A stretch of 64,000 nucleotides of DNA from a bacterium (GCA_028824015.1 JAPPFC010000055.1:40506-104505); one strand, 5' to 3'; numbered from the stretch's first letter, positions 19,082 to 29,436 are shown. Translations and numbers: made by a program. Notes: generated by a model from the sequence alone, not told the origin.

Positions 19082-21325
19082 CTATCCGAAACGGGAGGCC
19101 GCATCGGGCCCGAATCCCTCCATCTTCTCCACCGCGGAGAGCATCAGTTCCCGCTGAGCCTTCAGACTGGGAAAGAAGATGGTGGCCGAGGCGCGGGCGC
19201 CGTGGCCGGAGATGGTCAGCACCCTTCCGACTCCCAGGGTCGAGTGGCGGACCCGATCTCCCACCTCGACCCCCGACTGACTCACGATCTTCCTGAACGA
19301 CCGCCCTCGGCCGGCCAGAGAGCGAGACTGCCCCCCGGGAGATCCCCGTCGCCCCCCTTTTCCGGAGCGGGAAGAATCGCGGCCTCCGACACGAACCACA
19401 AGTCGCTCGGGGATCTCTCGCAAGAAGCGGCTGGGGACCTGCGGATACGGATACCCCCCCACCATGCGGGTGTCGTCCCAACTGAGGTGAAGCCTCTCCA
19501 TGGAGCGGGTGATCGCCACGTAGAAGAGGCGCCGCTCCTCCTCCAGTTGGTCCGGTTCGGAGATGCTGCGCTCGTGAGGGAACAGCCCATCCTGCATGCC
19601 CACCACGAACACCACCGGGAACTCCAGGCCCTTGGCGCTGTGGACCGTCATCAAGGCCACCGCACCAGCGCCCTCATCGAGATTGTCGGGATCCGACACC
19701 AGCGAGGCTCCCTCCAGGAATCGACCGAGTTGCTCCAACGGCGCCAGGTCCTCCTCGAGGTTGGATTCAAACTCGTACGCCACCCGGGAGAGTTCAGCCA
19801 GATTGTCAGAGCGACTCTCCGCCTCTATGCCCCCCTCGGCGGTGGCCATCTCCGCCATTCCCGTATCGAAAATGGCGCTTTCCGCAGCTCGCCCCACCCC
19901 ATCGGATTCAAGATGTCCCTTGATCGCGGCCAACACATCCGCCAGTTGCTGCACCCCCTTACGAGCCCGGGTCGATATCCCGGGGATCTCATCGGCCCTT
20001 TCCAAACCCTCCCGCAGGCTCACCTCCTCGGTTGAGACGAAACGCTCCAGGTGACCCAGCGAGGTCCGCCCGATTCCCCTCCGAGGAGTGTTGATGATTC
20101 TCCGCAGCGCCACCCCGTCGTCGGGGTTGGCCACCACCTGCAGATAGGCCACCACATCCTTGACCTCCCGGCGTTGGTAGAACGCCACCGCTCCCACCAC
20201 CTGGTATGGCACCTTGGACCGCCGTAGCGTCTCTTCGAAGGCGCGTGACTGTGCGTTGGTCCGGTAAAACACCGCCATGTCTCCCGGGTTGTAGCCCTCC
20301 GCCAACAGTTCACGTGCCCGGTTGGACACGAATCGAGCCTCACGGACCGCCCCCGCCCCCTGATGGACGACGATCTGTTCCCCATCGTGCTGATCACACC
20401 ACAGGTCCTTGGGGTCGGAGCGCAGATTGGCGCTTATGACCTCGTTGGCGGCATCGAGGATGGTGGAGGTCGACCGGTAGTTGCGGTTGAGTATCACCCG
20501 GCGGGCTTCGGGAAAATCTTCGTCGAAACGCTCGAAGTTCCGATAGTCGGCCCCTCGAAAGGCATAGATCGACTGATCGCTGTCCCCCACCACGAACAAG
20601 CTCCTGTGAAGCTTCGCCAGTTCCCGGACCAGCAGATACTGGGCCTGATTGGTGTCCTGGTATTCGTCAACCAGCACGTGACCGAAGATGCCCTGGTACT
20701 TGTTCAGCACCTCGGGAACCGCGCCGAACAATTCCACGGTCACCATGAGCAGATCGTCGAAGTCCATGGCCGACATCTGGAGAAGGCGCTGCTGGTAGAG
20801 CCTGTAGACCTCCGCCACCTCGACGGGGACCTCTGTCCGGTCCAGGAAGGTCTCGTAGTCCACCAGACTGTTCTTGGCTTCGCTGATCTTGTTCAAGAGT
20901 CCCCGGGGGGAGAGTCGACTGGCGTCCAAACCCAAGTCGTTGAGACAGTTTCTCACGAGACGCACCGAGTCGGAACGGTCGTATATCGAGAAGTTCGACC
21001 GGTATCCGAAGGCATGCGCCTCGCGACGCAGGATGCGGGCGCACGCCGAGTGAAAAGTGGAAACCCACATTTCGTTCACCGTCGCCCCCAGGAGTCCCCC
21101 AACCCTCTCTCGCATCTCGCGGGCGGCCTTGTTGGTGAAGGTGATGGCCAGGATGGAGTGGGGTCTGACTCCCATCTCCCTGATCAGATAGGCTATGCGA
21201 TGAGTCAGGACCCGGGTCTTGCCCGATCCGGCTCCCGCCACCACCATCACCGGACCCCCCGCAATGGTCACCGCGCCCTTCTGCTCGGGATTCAAGTCCT
21301 CCAGGAGCGGGTGGGCACCGATCAT
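19082..21325 (-). CDS. pcrA: ATP-dependent DNA helicase PcrA/UvrD (superfamily 1)
   Basis: Walker A AGAGSGKTRVLTHRIAYLI, with helicase motifs throughout. The start MIGAHPLLEDLNPEQ at 21325 abuts the guaA stop. The track ORF extends to 21400. Confidence 0.9.
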   Translation of the reverse strand: MIGAHPLLEDLNPEQKGAVTIAGGPVMVVAGAGSGKTRVLTHRIAYLIREMGVRPHSILAITFTNKAAREMRERVGGLLGATVNEMWVSTFHSACARILRREAHAFGYRSNFSIYDRSDSVRLVRNCLNDLGLDASRLSPRGLLNKISEAKNSLVDYETFLDRTEVPVEVAEVYRLYQQRLLQMSAMDFDDLLMVTVELFGAVPEVLNKYQGIFGHVLVDEYQDTNQAQYLLVRELAKLHRSLFVVGDSDQSIYAFRGADYRNFERFDEDFPEARRVILNRNYRSTSTILDAANEVISANLRSDPKDLWCDQHDGEQIVVHQGAGAVREARFVSNRARELLAEGYNPGDMAVFYRTNAQSRAFEETLRRSKVPYQVVGAVAFYQRREVKDVVAYLQVVANPDDGVALRRIINTPRRGIGRTSLGHLERFVSTEEVSLREGLERADEIPGISTRARKGVQQLADVLAAIKGHLESDGVGRAAESAIFDTGMAEMATAEGGIEAESRSDNLAELSRVAYEFESNLEEDLAPLEQLGRFLEGASLVSDPDNLDEGAGAVALMTVHSAKGLEFPVVFVVGMQDGLFPHERSISEPDQLEEERRLFYVAITRSMERLHLSWDDTRMVGGYPYPQVPSRFLREIPERLVVRVGGRDSSRSGKGGRRGSPGGQSRSLAGRGRSFRKIVSQSGVEVGDRVRHSTLGVGRVLTISGHGARASATIFFPSLKAQRELMLSAVEKMEGFGPDAASRFG

Positions 21326-21326
21326 C

Positions 21327-22865
21327 TCACTCCCATTCGATCGTGGCGGGAGGCTTGGAGGAGACATCGTAGAGCACCCGATTGATGCCCTCCACCTCAC
21401 CGATCACCCGCCGGGAGATGTTGGACAGAACCTGATAGGGAAGCCGGGCCCAGTCCGCCGTCATAGCCTCGTCGCTTTCCACCGCCCGCACCACCAGGGG
21501 ATAGGCGTACGTGCGCCCATCCCCTTGGACTCCCACCGACCGGACGGCAGGCAGGACTCCAAACACCTGCCACAGGTCGCGATACAAACCAGCCTTACGG
21601 ATCTCGTCCAGAACGATCGCGTCGGCCCGGCGCAGCAGGTCGAGCCGCTCGGCAGTGACCTCTCCGATTATGCGAATCGCCAGACCGGGGCCCGGAAAGG
21701 GGTGGCGCCAAACTATCTCCTCCGGCAGGCCCAACTGCTCTCCTACCGCACGAACTTCATCCTTGAACAGATCCCGAAGCGGTTCCACCAACTCCAGCCT
21801 CATGTGCTCGGGAAGGCCACCCACGTTGTGGTGGCTTTTGATCACCGCCGCGTCCCCGCCTCCCGACTCGATTACATCGGGATAGAGCGTTCCCTGCACC
21901 AGATAACCACACCCTGAGAGCCGGTCGGAGACCTCCTCGAACACCTTGATGAAGGTCTCCCCGATGATCTTCCTCTTGGTTTCGGGATCGGTCACTCCTG
22001 AAAGAGCAGCCAGAAACCGCTTCTGAGCCTTGACATGGATCAGGTTGGTGGAGAAGTTGTCACCGAACACCTCCTCCACCTGTTCTGGCTCGTCCTGGCG
22101 GAGCAGTCCATGATCCACGAACACACAGGTGAGGCGATCTCCGATGGCCCGGTGCACAAGGGCCGCCGCCACCGCAGAGTCCACTCCCCCCGACAGCCCG
22201 CAAACTGCCCGGGACGCGCCTATCTGTTGGCGAACGTTCCGGACTTCTCTGTCGATGATCGACTGCGCCGTCCAGGAAGCCTGAACCCCGCAGGCGTCAT
22301 AGAGGAACCTCTTCAACACATCCATTCCCTTCGGAGTATGGGTCACCTCGGGATGGAACTGCACGCCGTAGAAACCCCGGTCACGGTCCTCCATCGCCGC
22401 CACGGAAGCGCCGGGAGTCCGGGCGGTGACGGTGAATCCATCCGGCGCCTTCTCCACCGCATCGCGATGGCTCATCCATACCTCGGAGACCTCCGGAAAG
22501 TCCTCCAACAGGACCGATGGGCCTTCCACCTCCATTGCCGTATTCCCGAACTCGCCCCCGCCGGTGGCGGCCACCCGCCCTCCCAGCAACTCGGCGATGA
22601 GCTGGTGGCCGTAGCAGATCCCCAGCACCGGAACCCCCAAGTCCAGCAATCCGGGGTCGATGGAGACCGCATCGGGCGAATAGACGGATGCCGGTCCACC
22701 CGAGAGAACGATGCCGGACGGGGAACGCTCTCTTGCCTCGGCGGCGGTGATACGGGCGGGCACGATCTCTGAATGGACTCTCGCCTCCCGGATGCGACGG
22801 GCGATCAGACGGGCGTACTGAGCCCCAAGATCCACAACCAGTACATTGTCGGCGGAGACGGTCAA
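21327..22865 (-). CDS. guaA: GMP synthase (glutamine-hydrolysing)
   Basis: 512 aa. GATase-1 N-terminus ([28 protein letters not shown]), an ATP-PPase SGGVDS motif, and a C-terminal dimerisation domain ending IEWE. Confidence 0.92.
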   Translation of the reverse strand: MTVSADNVLVVDLGAQYARLIARRIREARVHSEIVPARITAAEARERSPSGIVLSGGPASVYSPDAVSIDPGLLDLGVPVLGICYGHQLIAELLGGRVAATGGGEFGNTAMEVEGPSVLLEDFPEVSEVWMSHRDAVEKAPDGFTVTARTPGASVAAMEDRDRGFYGVQFHPEVTHTPKGMDVLKRFLYDACGVQASWTAQSIIDREVRNVRQQIGASRAVCGLSGGVDSAVAAALVHRAIGDRLTCVFVDHGLLRQDEPEQVEEVFGDNFSTNLIHVKAQKRFLAALSGVTDPETKRKIIGETFIKVFEEVSDRLSGCGYLVQGTLYPDVIESGGGDAAVIKSHHNVGGLPEHMRLELVEPLRDLFKDEVRAVGEQLGLPEEIVWRHPFPGPGLAIRIIGEVTAERLDLLRRADAIVLDEIRKAGLYRDLWQVFGVLPAVRSVGVQGDGRTYAYPLVVRAVESDEAMTADWARLPYQVLSNISRRVIGEVEGINRVLYDVSSKPPATIEWE

Positions 22866-24019
22866 CCCGTCTCCAACTGATCCGTCAGCGGAAACCCCTT
22901 GCCCTCGGTCAAGAAGGTGGGTGCGATCACCACCTCCGCCTTCTGGAATTCGGAGATGTTGGAGTAACCGGTGGTGGACATGGACCTGCGGAGGGCGCCG
23001 AACAGGTTGGTGCGGCCATCGCTCTCCACCGCGGGACCGATCATTATCTCCCTGAGCGTCCCACGGGTGGGAACCTGGATTCTGGAGCCGCGGGGCAGGG
23101 ATGGATGGAAGGACGACATCCCCCAGTGGAATCCCGACCCGGGCGCTTCGCGAGCCGCCGCCAGGGGTGAGCCCAGCATCACCGCGTCCGCTCCGCAGGC
23201 GATCGCCTTGGCTATCTCCCCTCCGGTCCGCATCCCTCCATCGGCGATGACATGCACGTACCTACCGGTCTCCAGGAGGTATTGAACCCGGGCTCCGGCC
23301 GCGTCCGCTATGGCCGTGGCCTGGGATACGCCCACTCCCAGGGACCCGCGGGTTGCGCTTGCCGCCCCCGGGCCCACTCCCACCAGTATCCCCACCGCGC
23401 CGGTGCGCATGAGATGACTGGCCATCGAGTACGAAGAGCAGCCTCCCACCACCACCGGCACCGGTGACTCGGCGATGAATTTCTTGAGATTCAAGGGCTC
23501 TGTACGGGTCGAGACGTGTTCGGCCGACACAACCGTTCCCTGTATCACCAGCAGGTCCAGCCCCGCTTCCACGGCGGTGGGAGCGTACTGCAGCGTGTTC
23601 TGGGGCGTGAGGCTGGCTGCCGAGATCAGACCTGCATCCCGTATTTGCTGGATGCGCTCGCCGACCAAGTCCCTCTTGATCGGCTCCCGGTAGACCTCCT
23701 GTAGGACCGCGGTGGCGCGATCGGACGGGGTGGAGATTATCTCGTCGTAGATGGGGCCCGGATCCCGGTAGCGAGTCCAAAGTCCCTGCAGGTTCAGGAC
23801 CCCCAAACCGCCCAGCCTGCCAACTTCGATGACCGTGGCGGGGCTCATGGTGGAATCCATGGGCGCTCCCATCACGGGCGCGGAGAAGCGATAGGCGTCC
23901 AGTTGCCAACCGAGATCCACGTCATCGGGATCCCGCGTGCGGCGCGTGGGAACGATGGCTATTTCATCGAGCCCATACACCCGCCGGGCACTCTTGCCTA
24001 TGCCGATGTCGATTTGCAT
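22862..24019 (-). CDS. IMP dehydrogenase-family protein without CBS domains (GuaB3-like)
   Basis: 385 aa. An IMPDH TIM-barrel is present ([30 protein letters not shown]...[26 protein letters not shown]) and there is no CBS pair. It overlaps the guaA start by 4 nt. Confidence 0.8.
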   Translation of the reverse strand: MQIDIGIGKSARRVYGLDEIAIVPTRRTRDPDDVDLGWQLDAYRFSAPVMGAPMDSTMSPATVIEVGRLGGLGVLNLQGLWTRYRDPGPIYDEIISTPSDRATAVLQEVYREPIKRDLVGERIQQIRDAGLISAASLTPQNTLQYAPTAVEAGLDLLVIQGTVVSAEHVSTRTEPLNLKKFIAESPVPVVVGGCSSYSMASHLMRTGAVGILVGVGPGAASATRGSLGVGVSQATAIADAAGARVQYLLETGRYVHVIADGGMRTGGEIAKAIACGADAVMLGSPLAAAREAPGSGFHWGMSSFHPSLPRGSRIQVPTRGTLREIMIGPAVESDGRTNLFGALRRSMSTTGYSNISEFQKAEVVIAPTFLTEGKGFPLTDQLETG

Positions 24020-24325
24020 CCGAGACTCCGCAACCCCTGAACCACCACAAGGCTACCAACCGCCAGCCTCGTTTCTCGACTCAAGGATGGAGACCCCCAG
24101 TGACAGATCTCACCCTTTCCCCGGGACAGTCCCGGTCGTCTTGATTGTGGCGATGCGCCAACGAACCATATCCTGTTCTGTATCGATCGTCGCTGGGTAT
24201 CGGGACCGGAGTATCATGGTCCGTGGCGACTTTCGCGAGGGTCAGGAGCAGGCCGGCGTGCCGAAATATGGACACCTGCACCTGCAATTCCCTATGGCGC
24301 CGTCGGTAGCCACATTGGAGCAGCC

Positions 24326-25891
24326 ATGCGCCGATTGATCGTTGCAGTCGCCCTGATCCTGGCGTCATGCGGTGGCGAGACGGCATCTGAAACCCCCGTG
24401 GAGCCTGCCGAAACCGCCACCACATCCCCGGCCACAACCGAGTCCCCGGCCGAGCCCGCCGTGGAAACCACGTCAACCGCGCCCTCCCCCGACGAAACCA
24501 CCTCCACCACCTCGGCCGTCACCACTACCGCCGCGGCGGAAGCCCCCACCGACGCGGCACCGGCAGACTCAGGCGACTCCGTCTCTCTGGTTTCGAGCGA
24601 CGGATACACCTTCCCACCTCCCCCCGAGTTCCCCGAGGGCGGTATCTCGGTTGAACTGCGCCATGACCTCAATGCCTTCTTCGAGATTCTCGAACGTGAC
24701 CGCAGATTCGGCCACATGGAGTTGATGTCTTTCACCAACCACGACGACATCCGTATCGCCTGGGTCCTCACCGATCTACTGCGCTTCGCCAACAGTCTCG
24801 AACTCATTGAGGTGATACAGGACCGACTCCAGAGAATGTTGGGAGACGAAGGGATAGCCGGGGACCCCAACTACCTGTGGAAACGGGCCACCGACCTTCT
24901 CATCGCCTGGGACCTCCCCGCATTCCCCGATTACCCGAAATTCAAAAAGCGCCTGTTCGTACTGGTGGAGCCGCTCTGGGAGCCGTTCTTCAACGACCCG
25001 GACGCAACCATCGACTGGCGCTGGGTGAGTTGGGGCGGAGTCTTCATCGATGACCGGCCCCTCGGCGCCACCTTCCCCTGCTCGCGGGGATGCATCCCTT
25101 CCCTGGACGACCCCGCGGTAACCCCGGCTTCTGAAGGAGACTGGTACCCCGACGACCGGGTGGTCTTCGGCGTGACCATCAACGGAGAGTCCCGCGCCTA
25201 TCCCAAACACCAGATGGAAATCCACGAGATGGTCAATGACACCCTGGGGGGACGGCGGATCGGGATGCCCTATTGCACTCTTTGCGGCTCGGCGCAGGCG
25301 TACCTCACCGACGGGGTCCCCGAGGGGACCGAGGTCCCGGTTCTCCGCACTTCGGGGCTCCTGAACAGGTCGAACAAGGTCATGTACGACCTCAACACGT
25401 CGTCGGTGTTCGACACCTTCACCGGTGAAGCCGTGTCGGGCCCGCTGCGGGAATCCGGCATCCGGTTGAAACAGGCCACGGTGGTTTCATCCACTTGGGG
25501 TGCATGGAAGGAAGCCCACCCTGACACCACCATCCTGGCCGAAGACGGCGGACTGGGTCGGTTCTATCCACTCGACCCCCTGGGGGGCAGAGACGACCAT
25601 GGCCCGATCTTCCCGGTGGGAGACGTGGACACCCGCCTCGGTGTTCAAGACCTGGTGGTGGGCGTGGAACTGGAGGACGGAAGAACCATTGCCTTCTCCC
25701 GAGAAGCCGCCCTGGCCGTCATCGACTCGGGGGGAGAGGTGACCGCGGAGGGTGTGCGGCTGATCAAGGACGGCGACGGGCTTCGGGCCATCTCGGTCTC
25801 GGACGGATCCGAGATCCCCTCCCACCAGGCCTTCTGGTTCGCTTGGAGCCAGTTCCGGCCCGACACCCGGCTATGGTCGTCCTCCGGTTGA
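24326..25891 (+). CDS. Lipoprotein with a low-complexity S/T/P/A linker and a C-terminal DUF3179-like domain
   Basis: Lipobox LILASCGG, followed by ~90 aa of PATTESPAEPA-type linker. The C-terminal region (GESRAYPKHQMEIHEMVNDTLGGRRIGMPYCTLCGSAQAY...SGLLNRSNKVMYDLNTSSVFDTFTG) resembles DUF3179. Confidence 0.6.
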   Translation: MRRLIVAVALILASCGGETASETPVEPAETATTSPATTESPAEPAVETTSTAPSPDETTSTTSAVTTTAAAEAPTDAAPADSGDSVSLVSSDGYTFPPPPEFPEGGISVELRHDLNAFFEILERDRRFGHMELMSFTNHDDIRIAWVLTDLLRFANSLELIEVIQDRLQRMLGDEGIAGDPNYLWKRATDLLIAWDLPAFPDYPKFKKRLFVLVEPLWEPFFNDPDATIDWRWVSWGGVFIDDRPLGATFPCSRGCIPSLDDPAVTPASEGDWYPDDRVVFGVTINGESRAYPKHQMEIHEMVNDTLGGRRIGMPYCTLCGSAQAYLTDGVPEGTEVPVLRTSGLLNRSNKVMYDLNTSSVFDTFTGEAVSGPLRESGIRLKQATVVSSTWGAWKEAHPDTTILAEDGGLGRFYPLDPLGGRDDHGPIFPVGDVDTRLGVQDLVVGVELEDGRTIAFSREAALAVIDSGGEVTAEGVRLIKDGDGLRAISVSDGSEIPSHQAFWFAWSQFRPDTRLWSSSG

Positions 25892-25923
25892 ACCCCCCTC
25901 CCATGGGAGCAATCGCCCGGGCC

Positions 25924-26925
25924 CTAGGTTGACAACCCCACCGCTTCCCAGACGGTAGCCATGGAGACCGCGGCCCGGCGGCGGGCCTCGGCGGCGCCTT
26001 CGGACATCAGGCGTGACACCTCGGCGTCCTCCATACCCTCATATCGCTCCCGCACCGGCGCCATGTACTCACAGAGCGCCTCGGCCACCGCGCCCTTGAA
26101 CCGACCGTAGCCCTGGTCCCGGTACTCGGAGGCCAGGTCCTCGGCCGAGCGGCCGGAGGCCACCGAGAACAACTCCAGCAGGTTCGAGATACCCGGCTTC
26201 GTCTCCCAGTCGTAGTCCACCGTGCGTCCCGAGTCGGTCACCGCGGCGCGCACCTTGCGGCGGATCTGGTCGGCCGAGTCGGTCAACAGCAGCCGGGAAC
26301 GCACGTCGGGATCGCTCTTGGACATCTTGGAGGTGGGATCCTGGAGCGACATCACCCGCGCTCCCACCTCGGGAGTGATCCGGTCAGGAACAGGGAACAC
26401 CTCTCCGAATCGGTGGTTGAATCGCTCCACCAGATCCCGCGTCAACTCCAAGTGCTGGCGCTGGTCGTCGCCCACCGGCACAGCGTGCACCTTGTGGATC
26501 AGGATGTCGGCCGCCATCAAGACCGGATAGGACAGGAGTCCCAGATTCTGGCCGGTGCGATCCGCCTTCTCCTTGTACTGGGTCATCCGGTTGAGCTGCC
26601 CGATCCCCGTGATGGTCGACAGCACCCAGGCCAGTTCGGCGTGCTGGGGAACCTGGGACTGGAAGTAGAACACCGAGCGCCCGGGATCTATCCCCGATGC
26701 CATCACCAGCTTGGCGGTCTCGAGACGGGCGGTCCCGAAAGCGACCGGATCGTAGGGGACGGTCATGGCATGGAGGTCCACCACGCAGTAGTACGTCTCG
26801 TAGTCCTGCTGCATCTGCGCCCAGTTGCGCAACGCTCCCACCAGATTGCCCAGGTGGAGCTCACCGGTGGGTTGGATACCCGAGAAAACCCTCTTCTTGC
26901 CTTCGACCATTGGAACAGCGCTCAT
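25924..26925 (-). CDS. trpS: Tryptophan--tRNA ligase
   Basis: FSGIQPTGELHLGNLVGA (HIGH-type) and KMSKS, both class I TrpS signatures. The start MSAVPMVEGKK has GGAGG upstream. The track ORF extends to 27105. Confidence 0.9.
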   Translation of the reverse strand: MSAVPMVEGKKRVFSGIQPTGELHLGNLVGALRNWAQMQQDYETYYCVVDLHAMTVPYDPVAFGTARLETAKLVMASGIDPGRSVFYFQSQVPQHAELAWVLSTITGIGQLNRMTQYKEKADRTGQNLGLLSYPVLMAADILIHKVHAVPVGDDQRQHLELTRDLVERFNHRFGEVFPVPDRITPEVGARVMSLQDPTSKMSKSDPDVRSRLLLTDSADQIRRKVRAAVTDSGRTVDYDWETKPGISNLLELFSVASGRSAEDLASEYRDQGYGRFKGAVAEALCEYMAPVRERYEGMEDAEVSRLMSEGAAEARRRAAVSMATVWEAVGLST

Positions 26926-26934
26926 CCTAGCCAG

Positions 26935-26963
26935 TTGACATCCTCCCTTGACTCTGCCATAAT
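26935..26963 (+). promoter_or_regulatory. Sigma-70-type promoter: TTGACA (26935-26940) - 17 nt - CATAAT (26958-26963)
   Basis: A near-consensus -35 and -10 with optimal spacing in the trpS/cimA divergent region. It is unusually AT-clear for this genome. A TSS about 7 nt downstream would make the leader ORF leaderless. Confidence 0.55.
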
Positions 26964-26970
26964 GGCCGCC

Positions 26971-27012
26971 ATGCAAGAGTTCGACTCCCTTTCCATCATT
27001 ATCGACCCATAG
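26971..27012 (+). CDS. Putative attenuator leader peptide MQEFDSLSIIIDP (three consecutive Ile codons)
   Basis: ATG CAA GAG TTC GAC TCC CTT TCC ATC ATT ATC GAC CCA TAG lies immediately downstream of the promoter and 28 nt upstream of a terminator hairpin that precedes cimA. Confidence 0.5.
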   Translation: MQEFDSLSIIIDP

Positions 27013-27040
27013 GCGCCGGCCAGCCCACAGCCCGCGCCAA

Positions 27041-27067
27041 GCCCTCTGCTGAGCAGAGGGCTTTTTG
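27041..27067 (+). terminator. Intrinsic terminator/attenuator hairpin GCCCTCTGC-TGA-GCAGAGGGC followed by TTTTTG, about 20 nt upstream of the cimA ATG
   Basis: A perfect 9-bp GC-rich stem with a 3-nt loop and a 5-U tract on the + strand. No + strand gene ends upstream of it, so it lies within the cimA 5' leader. Confidence 0.6.
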
Positions 27068-27087
27068 ATTGCCCACCGGAGAAAACC

Positions 27088-28728
27088 ATGGCCCCCACAG
27101 TCCATCCGGAACTCGAGATCTACGACACGACCTTACGCGACGGCGCCCAGCAGGAGGGGATCTCTCTCACCGTCTCCGACAAGCTGCGGATCGCCTCCCT
27201 CCTGGACTCCCTGGGAGTCCACTTCATCGAGGGCGGGTGGCCCGGCGCCTTGCCCAAGGATGACGAGTTCTTCGCCCGGGCGAAGACCGAGTTGTCCCTG
27301 TCCAACAGCCAACTCACCGCTTTCGGATCCACACGTCGCCCCTCCCGACGAGTGGAGAGCGATCCCCAGATACGAGCCCTCCTGGCGGCAGAGACCGAGA
27401 TCATCTGCATCGTGGGCAAGTCCTGGGACTACCACGTCCGAGAGGCCCTTCGCACCGACCTGGACGAGGGAATCCGCATGGCCGCCGAGTCGGTGGAGTA
27501 TCTGAAGTCACACGGCAGACGGGTGTTCTTCGACGCCGAGCACTTCTTCGACGGCTATCGCACCAATCCCCGGTACGCGGTGGCGGTGTTGCGGGCCGCA
27601 TGGGAGGCGGGCGCTGAGCGGTTGGTGCTGTGCGACACCAATGGCGGGGCTCTGCCCATCCAGATAAACAGGATCATCGATGAGATAGGACTGGCCCTGC
27701 CCGGAGCCGAACTGGGAGTCCATTTTCACGACGACGCCGGATGCGCGGTGGCTTCGTCGCTGGTAGCCGCCTCGCAGGGGGTGAGGCAGGTCCAGGGATG
27801 TATAAACGGCTATGGAGAGCGGACCGGAAACGCAAACCTCTCCACGGTCATCCCCGACCTGGTGCTGAAGATGGGGGTTCCGGTGGTGGACCAGGAGCGC
27901 CTCTCCCAGATTTCTCCCATCTCCCATCACATCGCCGAGGTGGTGAACATCACCCTGGAACCTCATCGCCCGTATGTTGGCGGTTCGGCGTTCACGCACA
28001 AGGCCGGTCTGCACACCTCTGCTCTGGCCCGCCGCCCCGACGCCTACGAGCACACCCGTCCCGACCTGGTTGGCAACCACACCCGGATGGTCATCTCCGA
28101 GCAGGCCGGGCGGGCGGCGGTGATCCGGAGAGCCGCCTCCCTGGGGCTCACGATCTCCCAGGACCTGGCCGGGGAGGTCCTCGGGCACATCAAGGAGATG
28201 GAACACCGCGGATACCAGTTCGAAGCGGCCGACGGGACCTTCGAGTTGTTGGTGAGACGCACGCTCGGCTGGAGCCAGAACCTATTCTCGGCCCACAGCT
28301 TCTCGGTCTCCATCCAACATGACGGCGCCGATGGCGAGATCGTCTCCCAGGCCGAGGTCGTGGTGGAAGTCGGAGGGATCCGTCACCGCACCGCGGGCAC
28401 CGGAGTGGGACCTGTCCACGCCTTGGACCAGGCACTGCGCGCCTCTCTGATCTCGGCCTTCCCGCAACTCGATCGTCTCCGGTTGATCGACTTCCGGGTG
28501 AGGGTGCTGGACTCCTCCGACGGCACCAGCGCCACCGTCCGGGTGTTGATCGAGACCTCCGACGGCGTCACCTCCTGGGGGACGGTGGGGGTTCATCCCA
28601 ACATCATCGAAGCCTCATGGGAGGCGCTCTCGGACGGGCTGACCGTGGGTTTGTTGCGGCTCGGCGCCGCCCAGCAACCACCCCCTGCAGGTCTTCTAGG
28701 TTTGGGAACTGCATCCGACCCTAAATGA
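27088..28728 (+). CDS. cimA: (R)-citramalate synthase (LeuA-family; isoleucine biosynthesis)
   Basis: IYDTTLRDGAQQEGISLTVSDKLRIASLLDSLGVHFIEGGWPGALPKDDEFF matches the CimA subfamily rather than short LeuA. 546 aa with a LeuA-dimer C-terminal domain. GGAGA RBS. Confidence 0.8.
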   Translation: MAPTVHPELEIYDTTLRDGAQQEGISLTVSDKLRIASLLDSLGVHFIEGGWPGALPKDDEFFARAKTELSLSNSQLTAFGSTRRPSRRVESDPQIRALLAAETEIICIVGKSWDYHVREALRTDLDEGIRMAAESVEYLKSHGRRVFFDAEHFFDGYRTNPRYAVAVLRAAWEAGAERLVLCDTNGGALPIQINRIIDEIGLALPGAELGVHFHDDAGCAVASSLVAASQGVRQVQGCINGYGERTGNANLSTVIPDLVLKMGVPVVDQERLSQISPISHHIAEVVNITLEPHRPYVGGSAFTHKAGLHTSALARRPDAYEHTRPDLVGNHTRMVISEQAGRAAVIRRAASLGLTISQDLAGEVLGHIKEMEHRGYQFEAADGTFELLVRRTLGWSQNLFSAHSFSVSIQHDGADGEIVSQAEVVVEVGGIRHRTAGTGVGPVHALDQALRASLISAFPQLDRLRLIDFRVRVLDSSDGTSATVRVLIETSDGVTSWGTVGVHPNIIEASWEALSDGLTVGLLRLGAAQQPPPAGLLGLGTASDPK

Positions 28729-28765
28729 CGGTAGTTTCAACCAGTGTGACGTCCGGGGTGAGTCG

Positions 28766-29404
28766 TTGATGAACCAAAAGTCTCAACCTCGGGTCGTCGT
28801 CTACGTTGACGGATTCAACTTCTATTACGGTGCTCTCAAGAAGACCCACCTGAAGTGGGTAGATCATCGAGCCCTTGCGGAAGCTCTCTTGCGAGGCTAC
28901 AGCATCGAGAGAGTGAAGTATTTCACAGCACGAGTGAAGAATCGGCCTGATGATCCAGGCCTGTCACAACGCCAGAATGACTACATCCGAGCCCTGGTTG
29001 CCCATGCCGACGTGGAGGTACATTTCGGACAGTTCAAGCTGCGTCCCAAACGACTGCCTTTGGCTGGAAACCTGCAGAAATTCACCAGAGTGATCTCCAC
29101 TGAGGAGAAGGGATCAGATGTGTCATTAGGTGCCCATCTAGTGTGGGACGCATGTCATGATCTGATGGACACTGCCCTTGTCATTTCCAACGACAGCGAC
29201 CTTCAAACTCCAGTCGATATGGCTGACAAGAAGGGCATAACGGTAATAACACTCAACCCTCACCGCCGATCAGGGCAACCCCGGCGTCTCTTCGGTTCGG
29301 AGGAACGAACCTTGCGGCTGAGGCACCTGCGACGTTCTCAGTTGCCAGACCCGGTTATCGATGAACGGGGCGGACGCATCCCGAAACCTAGGGAGTGGAA
29401 GTGA
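28766..29404 (+). CDS. NYN (LabA-like/PIN-like) domain protein with an Arg-rich C-terminal tail
   Basis: RVVVYVDGFNFYYG...VISNDSDL are NYN signature motifs, and the basic tail is RRSGQPRRLF...RLRHLRR. The gene and its flanks are ~50% GC against ~68% in surrounding DNA. Confidence 0.75.
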   Translation: MMNQKSQPRVVVYVDGFNFYYGALKKTHLKWVDHRALAEALLRGYSIERVKYFTARVKNRPDDPGLSQRQNDYIRALVAHADVEVHFGQFKLRPKRLPLAGNLQKFTRVISTEEKGSDVSLGAHLVWDACHDLMDTALVISNDSDLQTPVDMADKKGITVITLNPHRRSGQPRRLFGSEERTLRLRHLRRSQLPDPVIDERGGRIPKPREWK

Positions 29405-29408
29405 TGCA

Positions 29409-29436
29409 CAAAGGCCCGCCGAGGCGGGCCTTTGTT
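29409..29436 (+). terminator. Terminator hairpin AAAGGCCCGCC-GAG-GCGGGCCTTT followed by GTTGGG
   Basis: A perfect inverted repeat 5 nt after the NYN stop codon. Confidence 0.6.

Noticed and set aside
18812-20035. 407-aa + strand ORF
   Set aside because: Antisense to pcrA.
20363-21385. 340-aa + strand ORF
   Set aside because: Antisense to pcrA.
24019-24326. 300-bp guaB3 / lipoprotein divergent intergenic region, considered for a riboswitch
   Set aside because: Only a small hairpin, GGACC-N10-GGTCC, was found. No recognisable riboswitch consensus.
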